The translations under genes and the position numbers were made by a program. Below are positions 60,601-64,000 of a stretch of DNA of 64,000 nucleotides, piece after piece. The notes beneath the pieces were generated by a model. It did no database searches. It saw only the letters and a program-made list of their open reading frames with translations, and was not told where the DNA came from. Each line of letters starts with the position of its first letter. The first letter of the stretch is position 1. The stretch is from Bugula neritina (Eukaryota > Animalia > Bryozoa), in contig OZ037769.1 in assembly GCA_964035545.1 (NCBI GenBank), positions 15,778,633-15,842,632 of the forward strand. The letters run 5' to 3'.

Positions 60601-63532
60601 GATGTCGTGGTGTAGATATCATGGTGTAGATGTCATGGTGTAGATGTCGTGGTGTAGATATCAAGGTAACAATGTATGTTGCAGCTCACACATCTCGGAC
60701 TCCACTGACCACCACTGAACCGTCTGCCACCACTCAGCCCAGTCTCATGGTGCTACCCGGATGTGGTTGTGCTATTGATGGCGACACGGTGATATCCACC
60801 TACAACGCAACCGTCTATGAAGTCTACAGGTACTCAGTCTATTTTATCTTGACGTACAGGGCAAATATGGTTTTTGCCTCCGAGAGAGGCTTTTCATTTG
60901 ATCGGAAAAAAGTTGAGTTTTCAGTGGTTATGTTAGATCTACTTTTATATGATGGCTGACTCAATTTTGTTTGTTAGAAGTATTGACAAGAAAACTCATC
61001 TTTTGCAGTATCGCAGTAAATTATTGGGCAAATTTTATTAGCCCGGCACAAATATGTTTGCTAACTTTCTTTTTCTCCTAGTGTTTTCAGCGCTTCTTTC
61101 CCACTTTTTCTTGAAAGACTTGCTTAGTGTGTTAGAACATTTAGTAGGGAGAAAACTTCAGTGAATATTTAATGGAGTTGTTACTCCAATCTTGCCAAAA
61201 ACACAAACGGTTTAAATAGTAAACTTTTTCATTATTCGTCTGGAAAGATTACAGGAATGCTAAGCCATGAATTATACTCGAAAAACATTTAAAAATTATG
61301 CTCTATGATGCCACATCAATGTGACTTGAATCATTTTAGAAGTTTGAAGATATTAACTAAAATTTAGGCCCTTAACTAATTCTCATTATATTTGAAAAAG
61401 TTTATTCTGAAGGTATTGCCACCACTAGCAGTGAACAAGGCATTTAGCTGAAGCTCTACGCAATGAACATAGTATACTGTGACTGTTGTAGAGTGTCCGT
61501 AGACCTCTACGGTAAAACCACACATGGCTCTCAGTCTAAGATTCTTGTCATCAATCCACATAAGCTGAAGCCTCTTGGCTCTTATATTGTGGAGGTAATT
61601 ATATGTTGGATATGTATAAGTGTGACTGTGCTCTCCGTGTTTACTCCAAAGTCAAGTATTGACTGAGTTTACACTTTATCTGTGTTCAAATCAAGTAAAT
61701 GCTTTACGGTTTAGGCGAACAGTAAGTTTGACTGATTATGAAAGGTGGCAGACAGCGTTTAATATAGGTGCTAAAATCACTAGCTGTTAAAATCACTAGC
61801 TGCTAAAATCGCTAGCTGTTAAGGTCATTAGCGCTAATATTTTATTGACTATATTTCAATCTCATTTATTAATTAGATGATGATATTAAAGTTGCTAATG
61901 AATGTCTAGTGTACATGTAGAGCTGAACTCCTTCATTACTGAAGTGTTAGTGGCGGTCGGGAATCGATATTCTCTACTTTGATATGATGAGATGCAACTT
62001 CTACAGTTAGTGCTTAACTGTTGAATGAAGAACTTTAACTTAACTGTTGAATGAAGAACTAACTAAGTATTCACCATATATGTGTTTACTATGTTGTGTT
62101 CATATTCCTGTACTGTATGTTATCTCTTGTGTTCATTTAACAGTTGCAAACAGTGTCCGGTACTGATGTGTCACTAGACTACTACCTCCTAAAGACGGGG
62201 GACACGCCCTCCGACCCCACCTGCCACTTTAGTTACAGTAAACGTGATGCTAATGGTAAGGTGCAAGTCTTCTACGACTTTGCAGAGAATGGTGTGGAGC
62301 TGGACAGGGTCTATGGTTACGAGTGTTATGTTCCCAATAAGCCAACGGAGAGATCTTCATCTCACCATGTTAGTATTCCTAATATATTCCAGTGGGCAGA
62401 TAACTACTTAGATAACTGTGTGGTAGTTTAGTATACAGAAGTGATTCTTCTTTTTACATGCTCCACTCTCCTTGTAGATAGGATGTAATTATACTTGGTG
62501 TGTATTTATTGAGGAATAATGTGTATCCGATTATTGTATTTCTAAGAAATCCTTTCTTCCGATAATTAATTTACTGTAATTACTTCGCTATAACTCATGT
62601 TGAATAAATAAGTTTAGGAGATGTATTGATTGGATCTTAAGCTCAGCCGTCCCGTCACACGCAATGCTCAGTTATATAGAAGAAAGTTCAAGGTCGTTAG
62701 TCGTATTGATTTCCCTCTGCATGTGACTGAGTTTCACATATGCTAAGTCTGTGTGTATGATTTCCCAGGAGTACACGTACTCGTTTGAGATGTACATTGA
62801 GAGAGTGCCCGGGGAGCTCGAGCTTGTCATGTTCTATAGAAAGCACATAGATGGTGTAACAGGTCCGCAGAGACTACCAGCAGGATACCCTGAACACAAC
62901 TACGCAGGTGTTTATTCTCTTTCTTCCCTATAGAAGGATATGTGTGGGAGTTATGCTCCTTCTCTAAGCAGCATTTCTGTGAATCAGCTTATTCCGAGTT
63001 TTGATTTTCTGATTTACAATTAGCTGCAAATTTCTTTAAAAGTTTTAAAAGAAGAAATATTCGATGTCATATTTTGCACTCTATGCTCAAGTCTGTATTA
63101 TTTTGGCATGAAATAAAAAGGATTGTCTCCACCTGTGTTTTGTAAACTAAAGATTTTTGGTGGAAGGAAATTTAATATTAGTATTGGAATCTTGATGTGT
63201 ATATAATATTGATCATGTAATAATATTTTACAATAAAATAAGGCAGTATAATAGAATACTTTAACTATAATAATATAATATAATAGTATAATATAATAAT
63301 ATAATATAATAATATAATATAATAATATAATATAATAATATAATGTAATAATATAATATAATAATATAATGGAATAATATAATGTAATAATATATTATTA
63401 TGTGTATGACGTTGTAGTGAATCTCCACCTGGTCACAGTAGACATGTTTGGTAACAGAAGAGCTACGTGTCAGCAGCCACACATCGTGCTGCCGCAGAAC
63501 TATACGCTCAACAAGACAGCCACTGATGTCAT
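36611..63532 (+). CDS. PKD1L1: Polycystin-1-family receptor, PKD1L1-like (signal peptide, WSC-like domain, many PKD/Ig-like domains, REJ module); 3'-incomplete
   Basis: 42 phase-consistent exons (6986 nt, about 2328 aa): 36611-36743, 37330-37507, 37845-37961, 39104-39276, 40142-40315, 41271-41443, 41682-41828, 42155-42447, 42809-42981, 43312-43466, 44720-44810, 45450-45709, 45922-46169, 46576-46727, 47193-47348, 47726-47829, 48076-48311, 48650-48764, 48994-49113, 49368-49546, 50540-50662, 50846-51001, 51498-51728, 51909-52048, 52630-52790, 53158-53392, 53925-54189, 54515-54643, 54919-55065, 55321-55522, 56152-56292, 57164-57251, 57566-57731, 57894-58070, 58450-58697, 59421-59540, 59871-60023, 60685-60829, 61492-61594, 62144-62368, 62769-62907, 63418-63532. 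Hydrophobic N-terminus; HIGCF..C..GFSFVA..C..C..CG..Y (WSC-like); PKD motifs DMGD, NYGDG, LFGD; REJ motifs IQGG..LDGSDSLDPD..YIWAC and LPAG.PEHNY. Orthology to PKD1L1 rather than PKD1 is inferred from the REJ insertion and is less certain than the family call. Confidence 0.85.
39357..39571 (+). mobile_element. tRNA-derived SINE, copy 3 (PKD1L1 intron 4)
   Basis: Same family. 15-bp TSD TAT[A/G]CTATGAGTATA at 39339-39353 and 39572-39586. Confidence 0.9.
40326..40760. repeat. 31-bp minisatellite (TATATAATATATTCTACTAGATATAATGGTA)
   Basis: About 14 copies starting about 10 nt after the exon 5 donor. Confidence 0.9.
41457..41551. repeat. (ACTC)n microsatellite
   Basis: Directly visible; gives the SLTH repeats in the ORF track. 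Confidence 0.95.
43488..44272. repeat. 7-bp satellite (TAGAGTG/TAGAGTA/TAGACTA)
   Basis: More than 100 heptamer units starting about 20 nt after the exon 10 donor. Confidence 0.95.
46710..46955 (+). repeat. 45-bp repeat spanning the PKD1L1 exon 14 end and donor
   Basis: CTCTCTCCCACCTCAG|GTAGGTTCTACAGTATATACATACAACTA, about 5.5 copies; GT at 46728, 46773, 46818, 46863, 46908, 46953. Confidence 0.92.
47355..47722. repeat. 28-bp minisatellite (TTGACTGTAATATACTGCATGTTATATA)
   Basis: About 13 copies occupying almost the whole of intron 15, from donor to acceptor. Confidence 0.92.
49585..49806 (+). repeat. GTGACAG/GTGAGT satellite containing many CAG|GTGAGT
   Basis: 7- and 13-bp units starting about 40 nt into intron 20. 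Confidence 0.9.
50655..50795 (+). repeat. 22-bp repeat of the exon 21 donor (TGTGTACAG|GTAATACCTACAC)
   Basis: About 6.5 copies beginning in the exon end. Confidence 0.9.
51357..51480. repeat. (ACTC)n microsatellite
   Basis: Directly visible just upstream of the exon 23 acceptor. Confidence 0.95.
51827..51911 (+). repeat. 30-bp triplication of the exon 24 acceptor (ATTGAGAGTTATCTACTCACAG|GTA)
   Basis: AG ends at 51848, 51878 and 51908. Confidence 0.9.
53665..53935 (+). repeat. 41-bp repeat spanning the exon 27 acceptor
   Basis: CTAAACTGTGTGTTGGTAG|GCGTGGAGTTGTCTACTTTACT; AG ends at 53678, 53719, 53760, 53801, 53842, 53883, 53924. Confidence 0.92.
55546..55970. repeat. 30/32-bp minisatellite (GCAGCACTCTGCAGGCGTACATAGTTATAT)
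   Basis: About 14 copies just after the exon 30 donor. Confidence 0.92.
56363..57147. repeat. 25-bp minisatellite (TACTCACTACTGTATGTTACTCTAC)
   Basis: About 31 copies; source of the ORFs at 56376-57571. Confidence 0.95.
57345..57569 (+). repeat. 27-bp repeat spanning the exon 33 acceptor (TAATATACTATACATACTACAG|GTGTA)
   Basis: AG ends at 57376, 57403, 57430, 57457, 57484, 57511, 57538, 57565. Confidence 0.92.
58150..58390 (+). repeat. 29-bp minisatellite containing CAG|GTAAGT (GTGACACACGTGACAGGTAAGTAGTGTAT)
   Basis: About 8 copies in intron 34. Confidence 0.92.
58720..59278. repeat. 23-bp minisatellite (TTCTGTGAACATAGACTGTGTTC)
   Basis: About 24 copies after the exon 35 donor. Confidence 0.95.
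59557..59728. repeat. 21-bp minisatellite (ACTCTGGTAGTCTTGAGTACG)
   Basis: About 8 copies after the exon 36 donor. Confidence 0.9.
60510..60663. repeat. 14-bp minisatellite (GGTGTAGATATCAT)
   Basis: About 11 copies before the exon 38 acceptor. Confidence 0.9.
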
Positions 63533-63574
63533 GTGAGTAGACGTCCTCCCTACTCTTCTAACCCCCCCCCTTCC

Positions 63575-63740
63575 CCCCTTCCCGACACTGTAGCCCCCTT
63601 CCCGACACTGTAGCCCCTTCCCGACACTGTAGCCCCCTTCCCGACACTGTAGCCCCCTTCCCGACACTGTAGCCCCCTTCCCGACACTGTAGCCCCCTTC
63701 CCGACACTGTAGCCCCTTCCCGACACTGTAGCCCCCTTCC
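63575..63740. repeat. 20-bp GC-rich minisatellite (CCCGACACTGTAGCCCCCTT)
   Basis: About 8 copies after the exon 42 donor. Confidence 0.9.
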
Positions 63741-64000
63741 TCCTTGTTGGCAATTGGTTAAAGATCGATTTGTACTATATACTTTATCACTTGTTTGTAA
63801 ATTGAATTACACTTCTGTCTGTCTGTCTGTCTGTCTGTCAGCATAATATTAAGGAAGACATACAGGAAGAAAGTTCGGCAGCACTTGCTTTGATTCAGCT
63901 TACATTTGCAGTTCCATTATTGAATATAATAATGATATATTATGAGCAGCATAACGCCTGTAATATGATTACTAGCTTGGTGCTAGAAGTGCTTCAATTT

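Noticed and set aside
60857-61373. Possible hAT-like element (CAGGGC...GCCCT)
   Set aside because: The terminal match is too short and no TSD is visible.
40326-63740. CRISPR-like appearance of the 20-45-bp repeat arrays
   Set aside because: The units are head-to-tail with no unique spacers, there are no cas genes, and the context is eukaryotic introns.
63842-64000. Open reading stretch at the right edge as the next PKD1L1 exon
   Set aside because: The open frame is incompatible with the phase-2 end of exon 63418-63532; the next exon probably lies beyond the window.

Overview
AT-rich, intron-rich animal DNA (probably a marine invertebrate, possibly a bryozoan or other lophotrochozoan; this is an inference). 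By manually splicing exons I reconstructed six protein-coding genes: the 5' end of a PIM-family kinase (-, runs off the left edge), a glycolipid transfer protein (GLTP, +, 6 exons, 216 aa), a catalytically intact transglutaminase (+, 16 exons, 863 aa), M1AP (-, 13 exons, 710 aa), BBS12 (-, 10 coding exons, 771 aa) and, head-to-head with BBS12, a very large polycystin-1-family gene most like PKD1L1 (+, 42 exons and about 2,330 aa visible, runs off the right edge). Gene identities rest on remembered family motifs, not database searches. Mobile DNA includes four related tRNA-derived SINE copies (three with long TSDs), a separate tRNA-Ala-like relic and two MITEs. Most long ORFs in the supplied track are artefacts of intronic minisatellites. 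The most striking pattern is that many intronic tandem repeats are amplified copies of the neighbouring splice site itself. Two of these arrays (BBS12, 27 bp; PKD1L1, 45 bp) form stop-free, in-frame ladders of alternative donors. Others form out-of-frame decoy acceptors or arrays of perfect CAG|GTRAGT sites.
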